DNA from: Lama guanicoe
Taxonomy: Eukaryota
NCBI GenBank assembly: GCA_013239625.1
Contig: MU056050.1
Location: 2,094,084 to 2,158,083, forward strand
DNA length: 64,000 nt
Direction: 5' to 3'
Below the pieces are notes generated by a model. The model searched no databases, was not told the DNA's origin, and worked only from the letters and a program-made list of their open reading frames with translations. Below are positions 38,540 to 52,200 of this stretch, in pieces (the first letter of the stretch is position 1; each line of letters opens with the position of its first letter). The translations under genes and the position numbers were made by a program.

Positions 38540-39075
38540 TTTTTCTATTTAATTTTTGAATAGGTCACACATTCACATGGTTCAAAGAACAAAGGTATAA
38601 AATGATCTATAAAATCAGTGTTTATTAAGAGGCCTCGCATTTGTGGCAGCAGGTGGCATATAGAGCGGCTCTCATTTGTCATCCATCTCTTCCAGGAGCT
38701 CATGCTCTTAGAGGACAGCATGGGTTGTACTTTTTAATCTTTACTGTTTTTGTACTTACAGAGAATAATACCTGCTTTTTGTAAAGAAGTCAAACCTTAC
38801 ATCAATAAATGACAGTGCAAGTAGAAGTTCCTGGTAATCCTATACCTCTGAGATAACTACTGCCAGTTCCTTCAAATGTTTTCTATACACGTACAGATAT
38901 GGAATTTTCTTTACAAATATGGTATTACACTGTAAATGCTACTTTGCTGCTTTTTTTCTAAGTAAGAGTATTTTGCAGAAATCTTTCCTTTTATTATATA
39001 GCGATTGAGCTTTCTTTTTAACCGCATGGTTTTCCATGTGCACGAACTATAATTTATTTATCCAGTTTTACTTTG
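38540..39075 (-). mobile_element. Degraded old L1 (L1ME/L1MC-like) 3' fragments
   Basis: tttttgaataggtcacacattcacatggttcaaa; agataactact; aatttatttatccagtt. Confidence 0.5.
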
Positions 39076-39469
39076 AATTTTAAAATTTCTGTCAGACAGT
39101 TCTTCAAATTGGTTTCTCCACTACTTGTAACTAATTTAAATCTACTCATCTCTGGAGAAATGAATGAGTAGTCGGTAAGGGGAGCTTCATGGAGGAAGAG
39201 AGTCACCCACAAAGGTCTATAGGTAGCATAGGATGTCAGGAAAAAGGACAGACAGGTGCAATTGCCTTCAGAAGGCAACAAGGAGAGCACTGTGTAAGTG
39301 GGCAAGACCATCTTCCAGATTTAAGTGGACATGAAAACTGGGAAGAAATAGGGACTGGGATGGGGTGAAGGATTAAAGAAAGGAAGATTAAAGCAGGTTG
39401 GAATGGAATAAGTCCTGATACATGAATGGTGAGTTGTTACAGAGCAAAGGTTTTATGGAGAAAACTCAT

Positions 39470-39880
39470 ATGCTTTAGTTGAATCCAAGCTTAATATCAA
39501 TTAACAATATAATGTGACTATTTGAAAATCCTAGGTACTGAAACAACAGTTCCTATCAAAGCAAGCAATAATCCACACTGGTCACATCTGAACTATCAGG
39601 ATCAATAAAATATTGACAAATTTTCATAGGAGAGAGACAGAACAGTGAGGGAACCTATTGTCCTGTCATGAAAGTAATTGTTGAAGGATTGGGACATCTT
39701 TAGCCTGAAAAGAAAGGTAATGGGTCATATGCATCTGCTGTTCTTTAAAATTTGAAGGACTATCACATGGAAAAGGGATTAAATTTGTCCCTTTGGTTCC
39801 AAAATGGCAGAGTAAGACTAACAATTAGAGATTACAGGAATGTAGGGTTTGACTCAACAGACAAAAATACTTGTATTTTG
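39470..39880 (+). mobile_element. CR1/L3 LINE remnant
   Basis: ttgaaggattgggacatctttagcctgaaaagaaagg...tctttaaaatttgaaggactatcacatggaaaaggg. This is the CR1 ORF2 C-terminal region, 'LKELGLFSLEKRR'-like. Confidence 0.7.
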
Positions 39881-41644
39881 CTAAAGGGCATTTTTTTAAG
39901 TTTAGATATATCGAAGATGCCCTGTGTAGTTTTATTACCATTATTATTCAGCCAACACTTCCTTCATAAATAGCACAGAAGTAAAATTCAACCTAGTCCT
40001 TGCTGAATTTTCATAAATTCTTAATTAGTGGGATTCAAAATAATGAGGCTTTATTGTACATTTCTGAAGAAATATTTTCAAATACTTTAATCTTTTTCTT
40101 CCTGGTTATTTCTTAATCTCATGCCTTGGCCCACCATGTGCCCTCAACTCCCACTGAAGCAAGGAGCACATTGAAAACCCACACGAAAATGTAAATCTGA
40201 GAAATAAATATGCGTGGTTGGTTTAAAAAGAGTAAGAATTAACATTTAAAGCAATGGTAATTTACTCTGATCTGTAATTTTGAGCTCCTGTGCTGAAATT
40301 GCTCATTTGGAAATTACCAAGTGCTTGGGTCTCGTTTGTGACCTTCTTCCTGCGTACACCCAGCACACAAAGGAGTCGTAATGACCAACTGAGTCACCAC
40401 TGCCATCTCCCTGAAGCATGCTCTCCAAATGTCAGTACCATTTTCTATGGTGCAGTGAAAAAGATATCCAACCGTAACCTGCTTAACACTACAGGGGGAG
40501 CCGGAGGCGGCCCAGAATCTGGAATGTGTTCAAAAGGCAGGACAATCGTCCCCATTCTCAACCCCTCCAACATCTAAATTGTTTGGGCACAGATCATTTT
40601 GGCTTGAAAATCATCCCCAGTACCCATCCCCATTAGTCACTACCTAAGCATAAGTGGACTACCATTTAAATGTAATGGGGAAAATAAAGCTGCTTTTGAC
40701 CATATCCCAATAAAACGATGTCTATACCTGATGAAATTTATACTTGGTTTATGGATTCATACCAGAAGCAAATATATAGACATGCTATAATATTAAAGAC
40801 ATGAATACTCTAAAAAACCACTACATAGGAAACCCCTGAGCTATTCTGCAGTTCATACTTTAAGATATACTGTTCTTTCCAACTTCTCAAACCCTGACTC
40901 CAAAAAGGTTACCCAAAACTCAAGCATCAGAACTTTTCTTACCCATTCAGCATAGATGCAGAGTGTTAGTATTTGATAGTTGTCTGATAGAAATTAACTA
41001 AAAAGGAACCAAGATACTCTGGTCAATTTCATTGAGAAAGAGGAAGAATTTAGGAAGATTGAACTTTTTTATAATGCTGTGAACAAAGAACTAGTATGAT
41101 ATCTTTGTTATAGACTGCTTTTGTCAGCTTTTCTGACAGTTCTATTACTTGGGAAATTTTTTTTTAACCTCGTCATCTAGTCTTATCCATGTAAGTATCA
41201 GCCGTATTGTAATTGGGTTCTATCTGTACTAAAGCTGTTTCTAATTCTGAAGAATGTTGATGTGAAAGATGAAAGAAGTGAGCTTCAAATTGCAATAGGG
41301 AAGATTGTAGCCAGAAATAAGAAAGAAGCTACTGGCATTCATTCCATAGATACTTTAATATGATAATACATGTCAATAAAAACAATTAGGTACGGTAATT
41401 CAGCTGTGATTGCTTAAGTACAGTTTGATAAACACCTAGCCTGGTGCCCACACATTGTAGAATCTTCTTTCCTTTAAAACAAGATAGAGATACCAACTAT
41501 CTGAAAAGTTAAGCAGAGGTTCTGAGTAAGCCTGCTGTCCACAATGGATGAGGTTCAATGGAGCCCCATGGACTATGAAGAAAAACTCTGTAGAACCTTT
41601 AATACCTACAGAAAGATTTTTAAAAGAAAAAATAATCAATGTAG

Positions 41645-41965
<321 letters not shown>

Positions 41966-43690
41966 TGATCATCTCTCTAATCCTTTTTTCCTCCCCAGTG
42001 GCTGCAGGAAAAAAAGAGAGAGAGATTGAAAGAAATAAAAGAAAACCTAAGCTGTTAAAAATTGCCTACCATATTAATCTGGTAGTCTCTGCAATTTAAT
42101 GCTATCAGACAAACATACCCTTCCACACCTCTGTTCCATAGATAGCTGACTATTTCAAAATAATCCCTATACCTTCCTCTTGGCAAGGAACAGACAAGGG
42201 ATTAGGCAGGGCAGAAGGATAGGGGTTTTGTTTCAGGGGCCTAGTTGCAAAGTGTCAGAGTACTATTCACTAGGTTTGAATTTGTGGATATTTTTGCAGA
42301 ATATTCCTCTGGTTTGAGAAAGGAATAGAGAGAGAGAGCGTGAATTAATGAGAATACGTGTATATATAATTGAAGGCCATTTTTAAAGATGTCTTATGAG
42401 AAAAAGTTTATGGCTTTTAAAATGTGAAGAAACTGAAAAAGAATTAGACTGGGGGAAAGATATAATTCAATGGGCCAAATGATATTTATTATTAATCTTG
42501 GATATTTAAATTTAAGACTAAAAATATTAGAAGAAATGTTTCACCCTAAGCCAGATGGATATTCTGTTTGGAGTAAAGAGTCAAATCGAAATGTGGTGAA
42601 AGTTTATTATTTTCCTAAGAAGTCTCAATTTGCCAGTTAATAACAAAGTATCTGTGCTGCCATAAACCAAACTGTAAGGGAAACATTTCCATTCTAATTC
42701 GATCACAGTGTACCTAGGGGCCAAAACAGCTTCAGAGATTGAAATTATAGTGAGCAGCCATTGCCTGGGAGAGCTATTTTATAGCAAATTAAATATTAAC
42801 AATTTGTCAGTTTTGCCCCCACAAGAAGAGAATGCAAAAAAAGAAAATAGTGAATCAGCCTCACAATCTAGAGCACTAGCCTGGCTAAATCAAATTTCCC
42901 AACTAACATTCTCTTGAGCTACCCAAATGATCTACCCCTCCCTTCCAAAAGAAAAAAAACTGCCTTTGATTTTCTTAGATCTTGAAAGTGAAGAATCAGG
43001 TCAGTGATGCTGGTGTATGTACTACATGCCCTCTAAAATTTTATACCAAAATAGCCTTTTAGTGGGTGACCTACTTAATAGCCGAAAGAGAGGAACATCC
43101 TCCTTGTCGTACTTTGTTTTCCTTCTTTTGTACTAGTGACTTTGGCTTCTTGAATATTTTGCATTCTGATAAGTCTTTTGGGTTTTATCGGACCTTATAC
43201 TGGAGTCTGGGATTTTTCAGCATGATGTAATAGAAAAAGCAGTGGGTAGAGCTGTGAATTCTATATAGCTGTGGGATCTTAGGTGCTTAAAAATCTATGC
43301 CTCAGTTATCTCACCTACATAATGGGGAAAATTAAATTTTCTCTTCCTCACATGGTTGGTATAATTGCTTTGAAAGGCATAAAAGACCATAGAAAAAAAT
43401 AGTCATTATTACTAAACATTTTCAGGAAAAGTAAACTAACATTATTCCAAAACCCTGTTCTCTCTTCTAATGTCTGACGTTCTATCTTCCTTTCTTCTAT
43501 ATGTGCATTCACAGCATCCCTCAAAACACTTTCTATACAATTTTTGAGGGCACATTGTTCAAAATAAAGTTTTAACAACATCCAGGTAAGGCTAGGGAGT
43601 TCATTTCACTTACTCTTTTTCCTGCTTTCAAAAAATTATCATAAAACTATCAACTCGTGATTATTTTCTTTATCATTTAAGGAATTTCTA

Positions 43691-43820
43691 CTAGGTCATT
43701 AAGTACTGTGAGGTAGGAATCAGGTTTGTCTTGTTCACTGTTGTATATTCAGTGTCCCACAGAGTACCTGGGACGTAGTGTTAGATGGATAGATGGATGG
43801 GTGGATGAATAGATAGATGG
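43691..43820 (+). mobile_element. L2 3' end with (GATG/GATA)n tail
   Basis: tgaggtaggaatcaggtttgtcttgttcactgttgtatattcagtgtcc...agtacctgggacgtagt followed by ggatggatag repeats. Confidence 0.8.
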
Positions 43821-45126
43821 GCAAATATTGAACAAGCACATTTCAATAAGTTCCACTGGGATTTTGCTATACTTCCATCAAGAGGCAAAACAGTGCCTGC
43901 AGCCATATGATGTGATTATTAAAGTACATGGTTTCTCAAAGGTTTAAGATAGGAGCTCTCAGCTCAAGCCTATTCTGATACCATGAATTTACCAAAATTT
44001 ATTTTAGATATAGATTTCTCATTAAACAAATCATTTAAATTAAGCAATAAATTCAACACACTCTTTCTTTAGAGAAGACTTTTTAAAAAAATTGATTACT
44101 AAGATACAGAGATATCACTTTTCTCATTGGTTTCCAACTCTTCTTGACAAACTTATCATAATTCATTATATAAATTCTAGTTAGAATGATACCATTTATA
44201 ACTCAAATAGTATCAAATCCTCCCCCCCCAAATCCTCCCATCCTCCAAAGGTATTTTCAACTTTGTTTGAGTGTATTTGCATGGAAGGAAACTTCTATAG
44301 TCTCCCATAAAATTACACCTCATGCCACTATTTGAGGTAAAAGAGCCCATTACACAACTACAACTGTATTCCTTATAGATCAGATTTTGGCATAAGGTAA
44401 ATTCATATTGTATTCTATATCCAAAGGGTGGTAATGAAAAGACCTCAATATGGTTCAATTTTTCAAATATAAGCAGGTCTTCAATATGTCACTATATAGC
44501 ATAACATCCCCATTCCATGATACAGGTTCTAATTTTCCCTATGAATGTTTAAACACTTATGGGGTAAATCAAAACTCTTCCAACATTTCTTTCCAAAGCT
44601 CTCTTTTATCTCTTTCAACCTTTCAGACTACAGCAGGAAAAAAGATTTAATTAGGTACCAATCTGTCTTTAATATTGCTCCTTAACAGTTAATCTTTAAG
44701 GAAACAATTCCAAATTTCTGGCTACAAGAATTAACATACCAAAGGACAGAACTATAGACAGTTGAAACCATGAAGGGTTGTCAGAACACACAGAGAATAT
44801 TTAGAAACTGTAGATCCTGAACCCAAGAATTAAGAGCACTTTCCATAGGAAGATTTAGGTGTACTAGGAAGAATGTGCCATTGACCTGCACTGATGGAGC
44901 TCTCCCATTGCTGTAATGTGTTCCTGAGGCCTTCCCCACCAGTGGACAGCTGCCTTAATTCAATGACCAATCTAAACATTAACTTTCAAAAAAGTTGCCC
45001 CTCATAGAGTTATCTACCCATGACTGAACAGATGCTCCATCGCAATAGTGTCTACCTGTGGGCTGCTTTTGAAGGTCAGACACCGTAAAAGGAATGGCTC
45101 TGTTGGATGTTTGATGTTTATTTGGA

Positions 45127-45325
45127 GAGGCAGCATAGCATAGAGTTTCCAAGTGTGGACTCTGGGGCCAATCTGCCTGGATTCTGTCACTAACTAGCTG
45201 CGTGACCTAGGGCGAGTTACTTAACTCTCTGTGCCTCCGTTTCATGGTTATAAAATGGAAATGACAACAGTAACTTAAGGAGTTAATATATGCAAAGCAT
45301 TTAGAAAAGTTCCTGGCACACAGTG
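45127..45325 (+). mobile_element. MIR SINE
   Basis: gcagcatagcatag...ctagctgcgtgacctagggcgagttacttaactctctgtgcctc...cctggcacacagt. Confidence 0.85.
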
Positions 45326-45334
45326 TTTGTATAG

Positions 45335-45565
45335 TGCTTTGATGCTAAACAAAATGTTTTCACGTAGATTATCTCATTTGAGCCTCACTATGGGAGGCAG
45401 GCAGGGCAGATGTGTTTACCCCAGATTTACAGATGATAAATTGTCGCTTAGAGACATTTAGATGATGTGTCCAAATGTGGCTCTCTGCCCAATCCTAGTA
45501 AGTGGCAGAGCAAGGACACAAGTCTTCTGACTCCTAGTCCAGCTCTTACTCCTGCACTGAACCAC
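45335..45565 (-). mobile_element. MIR SINE
   Basis: attatctcatttgagcctcac...tttacagatga...tagtaagtggcagagc...tcttctgactcctagtcc. Confidence 0.8.
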
Positions 45566-45654
45566 CTTCCTTAATTTCTAAGTCATTTATTAAGTATTTA
45601 GCCCATGCCAAACCCTAGATTAGGCCTGCTCATCAGTTTAAAACAGCTTAAAAC

Positions 45655-45890
45655 AATTGCAAAGTAATTGGAGAAGGTCCAGAGAAGCATTGCAAAAAAT
45701 GATGAAAGCGTTAGAAAATAGGGCCTATGAGGAAAGGCTAAATGAGTTGGGGTTGTTTAGCCTGGTGGAAGAGAGCCAAGAGGCAGCTTAATCACCATCC
45801 TCAGGTATATGGAGTTATCGTAAAGAGGACACTGACCAACTGTTCTGTGTGCCTAAGGACAGTACCAGAGCAAATGAGCTTAACTAGACC
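45655..45890 (+). mobile_element. CR1/L3 LINE remnant
   Basis: ttggagaaggtccagaga (LEKVQR)...tatgaggaaaggctaaatgagttggggttgtttagcctg (YEERLNELGLFSL), a CR1 ORF2 C-terminal signature with frameshifts. Confidence 0.85.
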
Positions 45891-46849
45891 AGAGAGAGAG
45901 GCCGCATTAGCAAGGACTCATTACAGGGAGAGAGGAAACTGGAGGAAAGTAAAATCTCACCAGCGGGGGCTATATGAAGGTGAGGCCATTGTGAATTAGT
46001 GAAAAGTCAGGTCTAGAATAGTTTTAAGATTGTTTTCAGGAATATACAAATATTCCAAGTTAATCCTGTGTTATGACAAATAAATATCCTTATAGAAGGC
46101 TTATTTTAATGAGTAGGTAAGAATATTTCTTAATTGCCTCTTTATTGGATATTGAAAAGGTTGTCTCCTTAAAGAAATTTAAATATCCCCCTTTCAGTCT
46201 TCACCATATTTTTATTTTTCTGTAGATAATTCAAAGGTAAATCTCAGCATAGTCCCTGCCTGAATTGTAGCATATACAGACTTAGTGGAGCCCAAACCAA
46301 TGTTTCAATGTGCTGTGCCGGAAAATATAGAATGTCTGCTTTCCCCTGGAAATATTCCAAGCTAAAATCACCTCCTCATGGAAAGTAGTGCTTCTTCAGG
46401 ACAGAATCCTGAGGCAAGTCAGTCCCTTATGTTCCTTTCATTTGACTCTGTGACTTCAAAAACAGTCATTTTAAGAAATGAAACTTCCAAGTTAGTAAGT
46501 CTTTCCTAAAGATAATGGTTTAAACAAGATGAATGTTACTAGGGGCTCTTGTAAAGTATGAGGGTGTAACACAAAGGAGACAGTGCTCACTCACTCCAAA
46601 ATATGTCTAGCAATTGGGGTCACATAGAGCACTGTTGTCAATGGCTAGACTTGTGTCAAGTGAAGTAAAAATGTTATAGCTTTATATCTGTCCTTTGCTT
46701 CACCCTTTACTCAGCACATACTGGTACTGTCCAATCTCTCTCCTTTTTTTTGCTCCCTCTTTGTTCCACCCTTAATCTCAGTGATCCTACTACAGCATTA
46801 CGCTGACTTGCCAGTCCAGAAGACAGTTTGCGGGTAGCATCGCCTGGTA

Positions 46850-47095
46850 GAGTTGAATAAACACAAACTTGGGACTCAAACAGATGTGATTTCAAATCCC
46901 AGCACCTTCACTTCCCTGTTGCATGACACTGAAGAAAATGACTTAATTTTCTGAGGCTCAATTTTCTCATCTTGAAAGACTATTCCACTACGTTCCTTTC
47001 ACGGGATCCTCATGTGTTGTGAGGATTACACAAAGTAGTATGTGGAGCACCGGGTCCAGTGCTTGGCACCCAGTAGGCTCTCAGTGACCAGTAAC
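46850..47095 (+). mobile_element. MIR SINE
   Basis: ttcaaatcccagc...ctcaattttctcatc...gttgtgaggatta...cagtgcttggcacccagtaggctctca. Confidence 0.8.
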
Positions 47096-47434
47096 CATAG
47101 TTATTTGCTCATGAGTGGTAGGTTTTTGTGCTTATGGAAATGAGTTATTTAGGGACTGCTGCTCAAGGACAGTGTCCCATGGATTTTCCAAGATATCAGT
47201 TCAATCTAAGGTCTTACCATGAGAACAGAGTCTGAGACTTAGCTATGTTCAGTTCTCACTAATATGAGTTTAGCATGCTAGACAACCTCTCTGCTTTTTC
47301 TCCAATGTAACATTGGGTAACACACAAAGATTGATAAGCTCAGGGACTACTGGAGAATTAACTGGATTTTTCAACATCACTTAAAGTAATTAAAGGCACT
47401 AAAGCCTTGAGCTATGTATGACAACTGGGCACTT

Positions 47435-47680
47435 TTAATAACAAATAAGTATTAAGTGCTTACAATGTTCCAGATACTATATCAATGTGGGTGGAGATGT
47501 GTGCATTTATCCACCTCATGTGAGTTAATCCTCATATTAGCCCTATAAGGTAGATGGAAATATTATCTCCATTTAACAGATGTGGGAATTGAGACTTAGA
47601 GGTCATACAGCTAATAATTGGTGGAGCCAGAGTTCGAACCCAGGGAGTCTGGTTCCAAATGCTGTTAATCACTGCGCTAA
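47435..47680 (-). mobile_element. MIR SINE
   Basis: ttaatcctcatattagccctataaggtag...ccatttaacagatg...ggtcatacagcta...ggagccagagttcgaaccc. Confidence 0.8.
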
Positions 47681-49023
47681 TCAGCCCTGCATCTGACTGA
47701 CGTTTTCAATCAGAGTAGATTCAACCAGAGGTTATGAGATGAGCATCCTAATGAAGCCGGGAGCAGCAGCTCTGTTTACAACAAGCATTGTTGAACAACA
47801 AGCATCTCACAGATATTTTCTCTACTTGACGAGGATCCATATTCCATTAACACACGGAACTGAAAATATGCCCTTTAAACCTACCCTTTGGTGAAGAACT
47901 CATTTATGATGAACAGGGTCATTCACTTGTGGTGCCAACAATCTAACTAGGCAGGGGGCTCCACAAGAGTAGGAATCAATTGTGAGGGGTACTTTCTCCG
48001 AGTGGTACGTAAGTACAACTAGAATTCCCATCTGTGTGCATTTATTCTCAGATAAAGAAACACAATCTTCATTATTTTACCAAAAACTGCCCTAGGGGTT
48101 GCCCATTTTCTCCTCCTTTAATAGGGAATAAGTTGAATGTAACTGGCAAAGTCTGGAAGGTACAACTCCCCTTCCCTGCATTAACCTCTGGAAAATCAAG
48201 CATAAAATAAGGCTGGCTCTGGGAAAGCATAAATGCCCATTGGGTAAGTATTTGGGGTGGATGCTCAGCTTTTCTGGGCTACTAGACTTGAGCAGCAGTG
48301 CCCCAGGGGGTGTGCGCCTTCCTCCCAGCCGGTACCACCCTTAAACCCTGGTGAGAAGGGCCACTGCCTTGAGCTCCGAGCTCTTGAGGGTTCCTCATAC
48401 CATAAACACTAGAAAACAAAGGCTTTTTTTCTTTTTGGCCCTAAAAATTTTTGAAAAGTTAGTAGCTGGTTGAACATCAGGGGATGGAAAGGAAAAGGAC
48501 ACAAAAGCCAAACTGGGCTCCTTGGATCAGAGCACAAAGGCACGTGGAGTCAAGGACAGGGACAGTGAAAGAAAAAATGACAACTCATGCCATAGGAAAC
48601 CAGAGAAAATGATGAATTTTGTTTCAAATTGGCCTCCCCAAATCAGTCTCAGTGAAGGGGTTTGACAGAAAAGTTTCTATTGATATCTGAACTCCCTCCT
48701 TTGACACTACTGGAATGATGTAGCTTTGGAAGACATGCAGAATTGCTCGGCAACCCCAAGTCAGAAGAGTGAGCCACAGGGGTGGGGAATTAACTCTGCT
48801 CGGCTTCTTGGAGAACTTCTCAGGTCCACTCCATCCTGGTTTCAGATAGATTCAGCCTCCACCCAGGAGTTCTGAGCCCTGGGCCCAGATTCCTCCCCAC
48901 CTGCCCTGCCCGGCCCCAACGGGGTGTCTGGGTCTCACGGGTAGTAGGGTGAGTCTGAGAGCGAGCCTGAGTCCTTCAGCTTCCTGGCGTCTTTCAAGAG
49001 AGTGGGCTACAGGGTCTTGGGTG

Positions 49024-49545
49024 TGTGAAAGGATTTCCGCCTAAAATGGAACCAGAGGAGATGAAATAGAGACTCTCACACGTTGCACCCTCAGGAGAAT
49101 AAAACTTAAGAACTCAAAGACTGGGGGGAGGGTAGAGCTCAAGTGGTAGAGTGCATGCTTAGTATGTACCAGGTCCTGGGTTCAATCCCCAGTACGTCCT
49201 CTATAAATAAACAAACAGACCAAATTACCTCTATCTCCTGCTTAAAAAAAAGATACCTGAAAGACTGATTTCTCATAAATGCCTAATTTACAGAAGTCCA
49301 AGACTTATCTCCTGAATATCTGCCAAGAATCTCCCCCAGCCTCAAGCCAGTGAACTTACTGCCTGGACTCTGGCTGGACCTCCCCCTTTTTGCAGTCCTT
49401 GCCATAAATACAGCCTGCCCCAGACCTTCAAGGGACTCACCTGTAGTTTGCATTTCCTGGATTGCAATTTCTCTGCTACTTTTGAATAAATGCAATACCT
49501 GGTAGTTTGAACGTGCCTCAGTTTCTCTCTTTATTTAGGCTGACA
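49024..49545 (+). mobile_element. ERV1-type solo LTR
   Basis: TGTGAA...TGACA termini, exact 4-bp TSD ggtg (49020-49023/49546-49549), TATA-like ataaata at 49404 and AATAAA at 49485. Confidence 0.8.
49123..49259 (+). mobile_element. tRNA-derived SINE, Vic-1-like (camelid), nested in the LTR
   Basis: ggggggagggtagagctcaagtggtagagtgcatgcttag...gtcctgggttcaatcccc...aattacctc and a poly(A) tail. Flanked by aaagact/aaagact. Confidence 0.85.
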
Positions 49546-52039
49546 GGTGGATACAGAGACCAGGCCAAGGCATACCTTGTTTTTGGACTTTGTAACATTT
49601 AGATATACGGTATGTCGTCCTCCATTTGTACTCTGGCCGTGGGCTCCGAAATGTTAGGAGTGAGCTTGCTTCTCTCATGGCCTAGAAATATAAGTGCCCC
49701 TGTCAAAATGTCCTGTTTATTCCTGGAAAGTAGGTTTTTCTAAACACTCCGGTCTCATGCAGTGTGACTGTAGCTCTTCCAATCACCTATCGTGATACCT
49801 GCCTGGGGAAGCGGGGTTGAGGAGGGAGCTTCTGCACAGTACCGGAGTCTCTTCCTGACTAGCTTAAAGGCTTCACCAAGTATCTGGCAGAACTGGGATA
49901 GAGAGTGATGGTCCCATTATTCTTTTGAAAGATTTTTTTATCCTACGTCTACCTCTCAGTGGTGGGTACTGCTTACTCCAGGGATCTTTCTGATACTCTT
50001 GCATTTTTTGCTTTATTCTGCAGACATTCCCTTTTACCCTGTCCAAAGTCCAAAAAAAAAAAAAAACAAAGATGGTCAGGAGACATGATTAGGATAAATT
50101 ATAGGTCTGGAGGAGCAGTGATAGGTAAATAAATTTCTCCTCCCCCTTTCCATGCCCACTGCCACAATCCATTCTATGTCAGATCCTTTTCAACACTAGA
50201 GGTTTTCTAAGAAAGACTCTCTACTTAGAATTCCAAAGTTCTTCTAGACACCTGCTTTCAGAGGCATGATTATAAGCTGGGAGTTCCATCACCACATATT
50301 AGTGGTTCTATACTTCACATTTAGCTCTATGTCCTCCATGACATTCAGATTATATGGTGGGCTGAGTATTAGATAGGAGACAGTACAGCTATATTGGAGA
50401 CCCTTGAACCAAAGCAGGATGCCATTTATTTCTCAGCCTGCATCTGTAGGTGGACGGAATGAGAAGCCTTTCAGAATCTTCGAAAGACAAAGACAATAAG
50501 GGATTTGTCAGGTGTTACCTGGATTTCAAAGGGCAATCTGAAGCCATACCCCCATGACAGAGAAACAAGATGCCACACAGAATGGGACCTCCTGGTGTGG
50601 ATAAACTTGCTTAGCTACCTAAGAAATCACTGCATAATCAAGAGGCAACTCAGGAAGAAGAAGGAAGGCAAAGGTATCAGACCTCTAGAACAGGCATTGT
50701 AATTGACATGGAAAATTTCCCACACAAGGGCCAGGCAACTGTTCTGAGGTTAACATCACACAAGGGCTTATATTCAGAGTACCACACTAGGCACGACTGG
50801 GAGAAACAAAGGTTCTCTTTCTTTCTTTCCTTTTTAAAATTTGTAATAGCCCCTAGCCATGTGAATCAAGTTAGATAGCAGCATCTCAACAAATGTAAAA
50901 TCATATAATGAAGGCTAGGTACATATGTGCTGGTAGAATAAAAAGAATTAGAAATGCCTGCAGCGTATTTTTGTATATGAGTAAACTCACCATAAAACAT
51001 AAGGTCAAAGTGTTTCTAACACTATGCCTCTCCATCTTCTTCTCCAGGCACAAGTTAAGGCCCATATATAAAAAAAAGAGATCCCATTCCTCTTTGTTTC
51101 TTCTGCTCCCCAATCTGCTAATGAGCATGCTTCCAAGCATAGATGCATACATAGCCAAGCATACCCATTGGCCTTCCTTCAGCTCTTACTGTATCTTACT
51201 AGATGTACCATCTCTTTCCCCACCTCCAACCTATTCCAGGTTTCTCTGTATAAATTGGCTGCCTCATTCATTCTTTTCAGGGACCCTTTTTGTTACCTCA
51301 GTCATGGTGTCCAGTGGTCTTTATTTCTTACCCTAATGTCATGGTGATTTAATCCTATTACTTAACATATATTAGACTACCTTGCCACCTATTGAAGCAA
51401 AATGCACCCCAAAATTGCAGAACAGTGTCTTAGAATCAAAACCTATGGTTGGATTTCTAAAAGATGTTCTCTTAAGTCCAGCCTCCCATCCTTTAGGCTC
51501 TAAGTGAGTGGGACTCTGTACTTGCAGTAAAAACCTTCAACGTGTTAGGTGATTTTAGCTCTCACTGGCAGCCTTAAATAAACTTGTTCCCTAAAATGCA
51601 GAGGTATTTATCCTAAGAGTTAGTAGCGGACATCAGTATTCTATATTTAGAGATTTTTATCTTTGGCTTATTAAAAAAGATGATCTGATTCTCTGGTCAT
51701 ACTTCACACTAGACTGGCTAGACTGGCTTCATGAATATTTAGAAGCAAATCCCCTCTGGGAAAATAAAGAGAAAAAACTCATTCAAGATCATTACTTTGA
51801 AACAGCAAGACTCTTGTTTATTTCAGATGATAGAAGCTTTGGTCTCAAAAAGAAAATACTCCTGTTCAACCAACACTTCCCTCCCCCCCGTTTTTAAAAA
51901 TTGTGATACCTCGTTATTCGCTTGATTATTTCCTATGAGGTTTGGAGTTTTATTTTAAAAATAAACACAAATTGAAATTAATTTTCATTAGGGAACCTCA
52001 TGAGAGTCCTTGGGATGACTGGAAACATCCTGAAGTTTT

Positions 52040-52200
52040 ATAAAGCAGAGCACAGAGGCCTTGGGGCAGGAGACCTAGGTTCTAGTCTCAAGCTGTACAA
52101 CTTCAAAAAGTCACTTTATCACTCTGTGCCTCCATTTCATAAACTGTAAAATGAATGTGCTGAATATGATGGCCCCTTCCAATTCCAACAGGCTGTGATT
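52040..52200 (+). mobile_element. MIR/MIR3 SINE
   Basis: ggagacctaggttctagtc...ctctgtgcctccatttcataaactgtaaaatg...ggccccttccaattcc. Confidence 0.7.

Larger units (their letters stand above)
48329..49668. mobile_element. hAT-Tip100 (MER115/Zaphod-like) element interrupted by an LTR
   Basis: The 3' end ctccatttgtactctggccgtgggctccgaaatgttaggagtgagcttg resembles the MER115/Zaphod terminus as I recall it. The 5' boundary is uncertain. Confidence 0.45.
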
